Positions 1 to 6,260 of a stretch of DNA of 11,878 nucleotides are shown here, piece after piece. The stretch's first letter is position 1; each line of letters starts with the position of its first letter. Origin of the DNA: a virus; IMG/VR virus record IMGVR_UViG_3300010970_000218, positions 1 to 11,878 of that record; one strand, written 5' to 3'. The notes beneath the pieces were generated by a model. The model was not told where the DNA came from. It saw nothing but the letters and a program-made list of their open reading frames with translations, and searched no databases. Position numbers and translations under genes: made by a program.

Positions 1-55
1 AAATTTTAAATTATTATGGAATCAAAGTTAAGTTAAGTTGAGTTGCTATCCATTC
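1..55. repeat. Terminal direct repeat, copy 1 (identical to 11824..11878). Most simply the overlap left by assembling a circular molecule.
   Basis: The 55 nt 'aaattttaaattattatggaatcaaagttaagttaagttgagttgctatccattc' occur at both contig ends. I compared them base by base. Confidence 0.95.
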
Positions 56-283
56 ATAAGCAGCCTGGTTAATATCTAAAGTTTGTCCCCAAATATCATA
101 TTCAGGATCTGTAATTGTCAAATTTCCTTCTGAAAGTAAATTTCCACTTGTTTCAGAAGTATAAATTGACCAATAAAAGGTAGCACTATCTTGCAAATTA
201 TCATTAATTATATAAGAATTTAGATAATTTCCTGTTTGTACTGATCCATTAACCCATATTTGCACTGGTTGTATCTGTTTCAT
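14..283 (-). CDS. Hypothetical 89-aa protein directly downstream of the fibre gene (possible fibre accessory protein).
   Basis: ATG at 283..281 and TAA at 16..14. The start lies 10 nt after the fibre stop. No motif recognised. Across the junction it is followed 19 nt later by the ATG at 11817. Confidence 0.6.
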   Translation of the reverse strand: MKQIQPVQIWVNGSVQTGNYLNSYIINDNLQDSATFYWSIYTSETSGNLLSEGNLTITDPEYDIWGQTLDINQAAYEWIATQLNLTLIP

Positions 284-293
284 TTATTTGTTT

Positions 294-1778
294 TTATACA
301 TTAAGCAAAGCAATTTTATAATCTGTTCCATCCAGGTTTATAATTAAATGTAATCCAGAAGAACCTCCAGCACTTGCAGAACTTTGACCATCAATGCGCA
401 AAGATCCATTCAAATACAATTTTTTACCTTGATCTGTGGTAGAACCAATTAATACATTTTGTGTATCTGCTTTTACTCTCATAGCCTCAGCAAGTGTTTG
501 TAAAGTTGTACCCGTTGAACCTTTATCACTTGTAGTAATAATAACATCACCACCAGCAGCATTACCAGTACCTTTACCACCAGCAATAGTAACATTTCCT
601 CCAGAAAAATCTGTTCCAAATGCACCACTTCCATTAATTGTATAGGAAGTACCAGCACCAGTTGTTTGAACTAAATCACCACGCAAATTAGTAATACCAG
701 AACCAAAATAAATTTCAGTAATTGGTCTAACTGATGAACCTGAAACAAAAGTTCCATCAACAGAATAGGAAAAATTTCCTATTGCAATAGCATTAACAGA
801 TGAACTTGTAGCAACTGATCTTACACTATTTCCTATTGCAATAGCTTGAAAATTAGAATTTGCATTTCCAAGTGAAACACCATCCAAAGAAATAGCACCA
901 GGACCGACAGCTGTTCCACCAGTTGAAGTAACACTATTACCAATAGAAACACCACCTCCTGTACTTGTTGCACCCCCAACGGCTACACCACCAGCACTTG
1001 AAACACTAAAACCAATGCCAACACCAGTAACACTACCACCAGTTCTACCAACTAAAATTGATCTAAAACCTACACTTTGTCCTTCATTCAATATATGTAT
1101 TGAAATATTTTCATTTGTTCCAGTAGCAAGAATATCACCAGCCAATTTCATAGTTCCAGTAACTTGAAATTTTTGTCCGCTATCTGTTGTTGATCCTAAT
1201 ATTAAATTATTTGCAGTAGATATTCTAAAAACCTCACTTGCATTAATTGTTTGCCACATACCAAACAACATTGCACCTGATGATGCAGTGCTAATGCAAA
1301 ATTGACCAGCAGCAGAACCCTGTATAAAATTATTTGTTGCAGTAGATAATCCAATTACAAACCTTTGCGTTCCACCACTCTGGGCATTATCTAAACGCAA
1401 ACTTGGTGAATTGGCACCAAATATTTGTATTCCATTGTCAGCACTGGATGAACCAACAATAAGTTTACCAGATCCGCTACCTATTGCAGCAGTACCAATG
1501 TAAGTTGTACTGGTAAATGACAAACCAAAACCACCATCTGAAACAGTCCTGTTTCCAGTTAATGTATCATTTGCAGTATATATCGTGTTTCCACCACCTC
1601 CACCAGATCCAGCTATCTGATTCCAAGCAGATCCAGTATCTCTAAAAATTCCATATGGACTATCAGTAGCAATAAATATTCTGCCAACAATACCAGCAGC
1701 TGGTCTGTTTGCAGTCAGATCAGAAAAGAACATTGGAGTTCCCTTTTGATTCAAAATGGAAAGATCCAGTGTTATCAT
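294..1778 (-). CDS. Receptor-binding fibre/spike protein, Gly/Ser/Thr/Asn-rich, with YadA-head-like (Hep_Hag-type) repeats.
   Basis: 494 aa. The N-terminus 'ANRPAAGIVGRIFIATDSPYGIFRDTGSAWNQI' is followed by a 'GSGGGGGN' hinge. Repeated motifs include 'FQAIAIGNSVRS' and 'VNAIAIGNFSYS'. ATG at 1778..1776 overlaps the upstream stop (TAATG). Confidence 0.65.
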   Translation of the reverse strand: MITLDLSILNQKGTPMFFSDLTANRPAAGIVGRIFIATDSPYGIFRDTGSAWNQIAGSGGGGGNTIYTANDTLTGNRTVSDGGFGLSFTSTTYIGTAAIGSGSGKLIVGSSSADNGIQIFGANSPSLRLDNAQSGGTQRFVIGLSTATNNFIQGSAAGQFCISTASSGAMLFGMWQTINASEVFRISTANNLILGSTTDSGQKFQVTGTMKLAGDILATGTNENISIHILNEGQSVGFRSILVGRTGGSVTGVGIGFSVSSAGGVAVGGATSTGGGVSIGNSVTSTGGTAVGPGAISLDGVSLGNANSNFQAIAIGNSVRSVATSSSVNAIAIGNFSYSVDGTFVSGSSVRPITEIYFGSGITNLRGDLVQTTGAGTSYTINGSGAFGTDFSGGNVTIAGGKGTGNAAGGDVIITTSDKGSTGTTLQTLAEAMRVKADTQNVLIGSTTDQGKKLYLNGSLRIDGQSSASAGGSSGLHLIINLDGTDYKIALLNV

Positions 1779-2167
1779 TATATGTAAAGTTTTCTAATTA
1801 CGATTAATTGATTTCCTGTATTAATAGGAGTTGCAAAAGTTAACTGATATTGTGTAGTATCAATTTCACCCCTATTACCTGAAATTCTCAAAGATTGATT
1901 TGGAAGCAATGGCACTTCTGCAATTACTAAATTTGTAGTTCCAGAATTGATAAAAGTAATATCATTACAATCTGATCCTATGTTTGCAGTAGTATAAAAT
2001 ACCTTTGTTTCAACATAATACCTTTGATAAGGTTGCCCTGTAGACTTGGAAAACTTGTTTTCCTGTTCGTACATTGCCCTTTCAGATGCCTTTTTAGTAT
2101 ATGCTAATTTCAACTTGTCGGCTGAAATTTCATCCTCAATATTTATTTGTAAATGTTTAGGCTTCAT
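1778..2167 (-). CDS. Hypothetical beta-rich 129-aa protein (probably virion-associated).
   Basis: The ORF track starts at GTG 2185. The first ATG is at 2167..2165, 11 nt after the upstream stop (2179..2181). The C-terminal half 'ITFINSGTTNLVIAEVPLLPNQSLRISGNRGEIDTTQYQLTF' looks like a small beta-sandwich. Confidence 0.6.
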   Translation of the reverse strand: MKPKHLQINIEDEISADKLKLAYTKKASERAMYEQENKFSKSTGQPYQRYYVETKVFYTTANIGSDCNDITFINSGTTNLVIAEVPLLPNQSLRISGNRGEIDTTQYQLTFATPINTGNQLIVIRKLYI

Positions 2168-2178
2168 TTTAATTTTTT

Positions 2179-2478
2179 TTAGCACATATCAGGAAATTGA
2201 CCAACACCACGAAGGATTGATCCTTTGCTTAAAGCAGCAGCAGTTTGTTTAGCTGCTTTTTTTTGTTTAGCAGTCAAGACCGCTTTTTTTACCACTGGAG
2301 CAACTTTTTTAACTGCCTTGCTAACTTTTTGTAGCAAAGATGGTTTTTCAAATTGTTCAGCAGTTATTTTTTCAGGTGCTGGTACTTCCAGCTTATAAGT
2401 TGCAGTCTTTTTTTTCATTGATAGCAACAAAATTGCACCACCAGCTAACAGGATATAAATTAACCCTTTGTTTTTCAT
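2179..2478 (-). CDS. Small membrane protein with an N-terminal TM helix and a Lys/Ala-rich histone-H1-like tail.
   Basis: TM segment 'GLIYILLAGGAILLLSM', then 'KAVKKVAPVVKKAVLTAKQKKAAKQTAAA'. ATG at 2478..2476 overlaps the upstream stop (ATGA). Confidence 0.65.
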   Translation of the reverse strand: MKNKGLIYILLAGGAILLLSMKKKTATYKLEVPAPEKITAEQFEKPSLLQKVSKAVKKVAPVVKKAVLTAKQKKAAKQTAAALSKGSILRGVGQFPDMC

Positions 2479-2867
2479 TTTCTACTTTTTAAATATGTTG
2501 CTATCAAATAAGCAGCTACACCATACAACAAAATTACTTTGCCATATTTTTCAATGTAGAACGAGACAGAACCTTTTTCTTGTTTTTCTACTTTTTCAAT
2601 TTCCTTTTTTTGTTGCTCAATTGCCTGTTTAACATCTCCTGAAAACTTAAAACTATCAGCAGTATGTAAAACAAAATAAGGCTTATTATTGAAGTCTATA
2701 AACTGCCAATATACTTTACCACCTCTTTGAATATAAGAGTAAACTTGCCCTACTGGTGATCCAGCAGTTATGGTTCCAATTTTTACCAATGATGAATTTA
2801 ACCTTGTCAAATCCTTTTTGGCAAATAGTGTTTTTCCAATAATCTTATCAGCAGTTATTTCTGGCAT
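2475..2867 (-). CDS. C-terminally membrane-anchored 130-aa protein with a possible SH3-like N-terminal domain and a Lys/Glu-rich linker.
   Basis: 'IGTITAGSPVGQVYSYIQRGGKVYWQF' is SH3b-like (weak). Then 'EQQKKEIEKVEKQEK', then C-terminal TM 'VILLYGVAAYLIATYL'. ATG at 2867..2865. Confidence 0.6.
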   Translation of the reverse strand: MPEITADKIIGKTLFAKKDLTRLNSSLVKIGTITAGSPVGQVYSYIQRGGKVYWQFIDFNNKPYFVLHTADSFKFSGDVKQAIEQQKKEIEKVEKQEKGSVSFYIEKYGKVILLYGVAAYLIATYLKSRK

Positions 2868-2868
2868 A

Positions 2869-3609
2869 TTATTTTCTTAACATTTTCAAAAGAAAGTTGA
2901 ATTGCATTTTATCTGTTTCAGCCATTTCACAAAGTAGTTCCAGGTCAGATGCTAACTGATCATCAACTACTTTAAGTCTTTCAATAGCATCGTAAATGCG
3001 TTCTTCATTATCTATTTCGGTTTCATTTGTCATTGTTTCCGTTTTTTCTATTCCAGCAACGTGCGTTACCTTTTGAGTAGGTGCAAATAAACTGGATAGT
3101 TGTGAAAGTATCATTGTCTGTATTTGTGGTGATTTCATTAAACCAGCCAGGAAGTTTTCTTCTTCTGGTTCATCATCATCCTCCTCCTCATCAATTTCTT
3201 GCTGCATTTTTAGTGCTGCTATTTCAGATCTCAAAGCATTAATTTCATTCATCAAATTAGGTTGACCAGCATACCCCATTTGATTCATTGGTTGATATGA
3301 AATAGGATTAAATGCAGTTGGTCTGAAAACACATACAACCATTGGTTCATCCTTTCTTGTATAATAACCGCATTTGGGAACTTTTGGATAAATATTTAAT
3401 GTGTATGTTGCTTCTATTCCTTGAGATTCGGCAGCTCTTATGTTAGCTTCCAATTTTTCCCTGGATATATTTTCATCATTTTCAACATTCAAAAATATAA
3501 ACCTTCCTTTTGAATCAGTAACAGACCAAAAATGAGTTGGAGCATTACGATCATACCAATCCATCACATCAGAAGTTCCAACAATTCCAGCATTATTAGG
3601 ATTCGCCAT
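2869..3609 (-). CDS. Hypothetical 246-aa acidic protein (candidate scaffold/assembly factor).
   Basis: Globular N-terminal ~100 aa, helical 'NEINALRSEIAALKMQQE', acidic run 'IDEEEDDDEPEEE', and a helical acidic C-terminus. Sits just downstream of the capsid candidates. ATG at 3609..3607. Confidence 0.55.
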   Translation of the reverse strand: MANPNNAGIVGTSDVMDWYDRNAPTHFWSVTDSKGRFIFLNVENDENISREKLEANIRAAESQGIEATYTLNIYPKVPKCGYYTRKDEPMVVCVFRPTAFNPISYQPMNQMGYAGQPNLMNEINALRSEIAALKMQQEIDEEEDDDEPEEENFLAGLMKSPQIQTMILSQLSSLFAPTQKVTHVAGIEKTETMTNETEIDNEERIYDAIERLKVVDDQLASDLELLCEMAETDKMQFNFLLKMLRK

Positions 3610-3615
3610 ACAATT

Positions 3616-3640
3616 ATATTAAAGGTGAAGGAAAAGTGAA
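3616..3640 (-). promoter_or_regulatory. Intergenic motif copy A. Minus-sense it reads TTCAC-TTTTCC-TTCAC-CTTTAATAT, ending 6 nt before the ATG of 2869..3609.
   Basis: The plus strand reads 'atattaaaggtgaaggaaaagtgaa'. The first 15 nt are identical to copy B (6236..6250), and the distance to the downstream ATG is the same. Confidence 0.6.
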
Positions 3641-3644
3641 TTTA

Positions 3645-4067
3645 TTAGGCATAATAAACCCCAAAACAAACACTAAAATTACCAGCACTGATAGAACTAT
3701 ATGCAGTAGGAGTTTGGATATAAGACTTGCTCCAGATGATCTGTTGACCAGCAAAAGGTGTAATATCAAAACTAAAAGCTGCAGTTGCAGAATTTGAAAC
3801 AACCCTGTTTAGTTCAAGTACAGGAATACGATTAACAGATTCTTTATCATTGTAGTAAAGAACCAAATAAGTTGTTTTCAAGTTTGCCAGGGAAAGCAAA
3901 GCATTTCCAGACAGAACACTATTTGTAATGGTGTCAGTAGTATAGCAAACCAAATTAAGCAAAGATACAAAGCGAAGTTGTGGCTGGTCAGGGAAATAAA
4001 ACCTGGTTCCAGTAGATGATTGAGGAACAACGCACTCAATAAATTCGTAATTCTGAACTTTGTTCAT
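3645..4067 (-). CDS. Candidate small jelly-roll capsid protein (second capsid protein or vertex/penton protein).
   Basis: 140 aa, beta-strand-patterned, few charges ('TRFYFPDQPQLRFVSLLNLVCYTTD', 'TTYLVLYYNDKESVNRIPVLELNRV'). Immediately downstream of the MCP candidate. ATG at 4067..4065. The fold assignment is inference only. Confidence 0.4.
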   Translation of the reverse strand: MNKVQNYEFIECVVPQSSTGTRFYFPDQPQLRFVSLLNLVCYTTDTITNSVLSGNALLSLANLKTTYLVLYYNDKESVNRIPVLELNRVVSNSATAAFSFDITPFAGQQIIWSKSYIQTPTAYSSISAGNFSVCFGVYYA

Positions 4068-4151
4068 TTTTTTTCTATTTGAATATAAAAAATAGGGCTT
4101 CTATGTTTAACGTGGCATCACCCATTCCATTTCAGAAGTTTACTAATATAA

Positions 4152-4814
4152 TTAGCGAACCGGAGTGATATTCTGCCCGAGGATTCCGCGGAAAATTACC
4201 ACAATTCTTGGGGCAACTGATGCCTGAAGTGTAGAAATTGCACCTGGAAGCTCAAGAGTAACCACGTTATTTTTTGATCCAACCAATACAATGTTTGGCT
4301 CTACTGGATAGTATCCAAATTCAGTTGCATCATTCTGATCAATAGTTGTTGCAGTTGCAGCAGCACCTTGTTGAGTTTGCGGAACGTACAAATGCCTGTA
4401 AAGATCCCAAGCTGGAACGATTTGGCGATTATTTACAGTAACTGACAATTTACCATTGTACAAATTATACAAAGCAGTAGCAGCACCTGAAGTGGTGAAA
4501 GCTGAAGCATTTGGATAAGTGTAAAGAGGAAAAGCAGTAGTAGTGGATGAAGCTGGGATACTTACGAAAACGCCTATGCTCGATACCACGAACGCATCCT
4601 GAAGATTCAAAAGTTGATTCGTTGGATAGTTAGTATTAGCACCGGTGCTATTAACCAGAATGGGAATTTGGTATGAAGTAGTAGAAGTTGACATTGCTAC
4701 TTCAGAACGAAGATAAGACTGGCTGAGAACCGCTTGACCAGCAGAAAAACCAGCATTGTTAACAAGATTTTTGGCATTGTCAAATATTAGCCTTTGCCCG
4801 TGTTGTGTTGCCAT
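4152..4814 (-). CDS. Candidate major capsid protein of single-jelly-roll size (220 aa).
   Basis: No Cys, and rich in Ala/Thr/Ser/Asn/Val with alternating beta patterns ('AFVVSSIGVFVSIP', 'NGKLSVTVNNRQIVPAWDLY', 'NNVVTLELPG', 'RIVVIFRGIL'). It looks locally GC-richer than its neighbours. An 84-nt spacer follows it. No homology search was possible. Confidence 0.45.
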   Translation of the reverse strand: MATQHGQRLIFDNAKNLVNNAGFSAGQAVLSQSYLRSEVAMSTSTTSYQIPILVNSTGANTNYPTNQLLNLQDAFVVSSIGVFVSIPASSTTTAFPLYTYPNASAFTTSGAATALYNLYNGKLSVTVNNRQIVPAWDLYRHLYVPQTQQGAAATATTIDQNDATEFGYYPVEPNIVLVGSKNNVVTLELPGAISTLQASVAPRIVVIFRGILGQNITPVR

Positions 4815-4840
4815 TTTATTTAATTTTTACTTTGTTTAGA

Positions 4841-5269
4841 TTAATAAGAATATTCTTCATCCATTCCAGCAATTACGGAAAGATTGTCCTCACCATAACC
4901 AGCAATAACAGAAAGATCATCTCCAGCCATTACACTAACTGGAATTTCCATTGCTTCATCAATGGCACCCAGAATGTTAGTTGCTTGAAGCAGTCCAAGA
5001 CCACCAGCAGCTACCATACCATCACCGATTGACTTACCAAAAGATCCTTTTACAAATTTAGGAAGGAAAGCACCAATAGCCACAACTGCAGCAGATTTGA
5101 TCTTTGCATCCAAATTAGGAAGAATTTTACCAGATGAAGTCAGAACCCTTGCAGCAGCAGCACCAGCAACAAGACCAGCAGCATCCATAATAAAAGACTT
5201 TCCGATTGCTCCCATTTTGCGAGATTTCCTACGACGGCTGGGGGCAGACCTCTTTTTTCTTTTAGCCAT
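4841..5269 (-). CDS. Protein with an Arg/Lys-rich N-terminal arm, a Gly/Ala-rich hydrophobic core and an acidic repeat tail (putative DNA-binding internal/membrane virion protein).
   Basis: N-terminus 'MAKRKKRSAPSRRRKSRK'. Hydrophobic segments 'AAGLVAGAAAARVL' and 'AAVVAIGAFL'. C-terminal tandem 'DDLSVIAGYGE/DNLSVIAGMDE'. Confidence 0.6.
   Translation of the reverse strand: MAKRKKRSAPSRRRKSRKMGAIGKSFIMDAAGLVAGAAAARVLTSSGKILPNLDAKIKSAAVVAIGAFLPKFVKGSFGKSIGDGMVAAGGLGLLQATNILGAIDEAMEIPVSVMAGDDLSVIAGYGEDNLSVIAGMDEEYSY
4866..4931 (-). repeat. Imperfect 33-nt tandem duplication (2 units) inside CDS 4841..5269, encoding the 11-aa D-x-LSVIAG repeat.
   Basis: Unit 4866..4898 'ccagcaattacggaaagattgtcctc...' against unit 4899..4931 'ccagcaataacagaaagatcatctcc...'. 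Confidence 0.7.
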
Positions 5270-5314
5270 TTTATTTTATTTTTTGTTGTTTTTCGGAAAA
5301 CTATTCCAAGATTT

Positions 5315-6229
5315 TTATAACATACCATTTTCAGCAAAGCTATAATGGGAGTCTTTTGTTATTATAATATGATCTAAAATGTTAATATTATGAGTACTTG
5401 CGGCTTTTATTAATTGTTTAGTCAATTTTTCATCTGCTTCAGATGGTCTTAAATTTCCAGAAGGATGATTATGGCACAAAATTAAACTAACTGCACCCAT
5501 TTGTAAAGCACCAGCCAAAACCAACCTAACATCAACACTAACAGAACTTATTGAGCCAATACTATGTACATAAACACCTAAAACTTTATTTGCTTGATTT
5601 AAATATGCAACTGCAAAAAGTTCCTGTGTTTCAATTTTATTTTTTCCAATAAACCTTTTAAAAATTTCGGATCCATCAGTAGAACTTTTTATAGTATCAC
5701 TAATTGCTTTTTTTCCTCTTGTTACTCTTAATTTGACTTCAGGTACCAAATTTTTTAAAGTGCTTAATTTTCCAACACCAGCAACAATAATTTCTTTTCC
5801 AAATTTATATCCTGAAAGGCTAACAAATTCAGAAGGAATTTTTGCACCAATTTTGCTAAAATTAGCAAATGTTCCATTTTTAGATCTTGTTACACGATAC
5901 TCATTTTTTGCAAGTTTTCTGTAACCTTTTTCATCTTTATAACGTGTATCTCTATTTAAATAATCACCAACTTTTTTCTTTTTAACACCTGAAACCACTT
6001 TAATATTTACATTGTGGCTTTTTGTGTCTTTATGTGATCCAGTTACTTTTTTGGCAACTGCTTTCTTTTTTGGTGCAGTTTTCTTTTTTGGTTCAGCCTT
6101 CTTTTTAACGGCACCTACTTTTTTTCCGTAAATATGTGCAAATGCTTCCTTTAAAGAAACACCAGTTTTTTTTCTATATTCAATAGCCTTTTTAAACTTA
6201 TCCTTTGCTATCTTTTGTGCCTGTGTCAT
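5315..6229 (-). CDS. radC: RadC-like JAB/MPN (JAMM) domain protein with a Lys-rich histone-H1-like N-terminal extension.
   Basis: The C-terminal domain 'ELFAVAYLNQANKVLGVYVHSIGSISSVSVDVRLVLAGALQMGAVSLILCHNHPSGNLRPSEADEKLTKQLIKAASTHNINILDHIII' matches the RadC/UPF0758 signature (E..., HNHPSG, PSxxD, DHIII). The N-terminal tract is 'KKKAEPKKKTAPKKKAVAKK'. Confidence 0.8.
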   Translation of the reverse strand: MTQAQKIAKDKFKKAIEYRKKTGVSLKEAFAHIYGKKVGAVKKKAEPKKKTAPKKKAVAKKVTGSHKDTKSHNVNIKVVSGVKKKKVGDYLNRDTRYKDEKGYRKLAKNEYRVTRSKNGTFANFSKIGAKIPSEFVSLSGYKFGKEIIVAGVGKLSTLKNLVPEVKLRVTRGKKAISDTIKSSTDGSEIFKRFIGKNKIETQELFAVAYLNQANKVLGVYVHSIGSISSVSVDVRLVLAGALQMGAVSLILCHNHPSGNLRPSEADEKLTKQLIKAASTHNINILDHIIITKDSHYSFAENGML

Positions 6230-6235
6230 AATTTA

Positions 6236-6260
6236 ATATTAAAGGTGAAGTGAAAGTGAT
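6236..6260 (-). promoter_or_regulatory. Intergenic motif copy B. Minus-sense it reads ATCAC-TTTCAC-TTCAC-CTTTAATAT, ending 6 nt before the radC-like ATG.
   Basis: The plus strand reads 'atattaaaggtgaagtgaaagtgat'. It shares 'atattaaaggtgaag' and 'aaagtga' with copy A at identical spacing to the ATG. Confidence 0.6.

Noticed and set aside
1-55. The terminal 55-nt repeat as a biological direct terminal repeat or LTR-like element.
   Set aside because: The repeat cuts through the 3' end of CDS 14..283. Joining the ends produces a seamless gene order (stop at 14, then 19 nt, then ATG at 11817). An assembler k-mer overlap of a circular molecule is the simpler explanation, and a true short DTR cannot be distinguished from it without reads.
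436-645. Plus-strand ORFs at 436..645, 2046..2252, 4805..5032, 5097..5345, 5733..5924, 6538..6726, 9056..9256, 11629..11832 and 11648..11854.
   Set aside because: All lie antisense to longer, motif-bearing minus-strand genes. Their sequences are low-complexity or hydrophobic mirror translations, for example the Pro/Leu/Val or Gln runs opposite Gly/Ala/Lys-rich coding. None has its own intergenic space or signals.
3614-3802. Minus-strand alternative-frame ORF (62 aa, hydrophobic) nested in the 3' end of the 140-aa gene, considered as a microvirus-E-like embedded lysis gene.
   Set aside because: A conventional holin/endolysin cassette already exists. The ORF also runs across the conserved intergenic motif A, and nothing supports its translation. 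It remains testable by conservation analysis.
4068-4151. The 84-nt spacer after the MCP candidate as a terminator or attenuator.
   Set aside because: Only 3-4-bp stems, such as ATAG-GGCTT-CTAT before a T6 run, could be found by eye. These are too weak to call, so the spacer remains unexplained.
5140-5337. Minus-strand 65-aa ORF spanning the radC-like 3' end, the spacer and the 5' end of the 142-aa gene.
   Set aside because: It starts at TTG (plus 'caa' at 5335..5337), overlaps two better-supported genes out of frame, and has a low-complexity Leu-rich tail.
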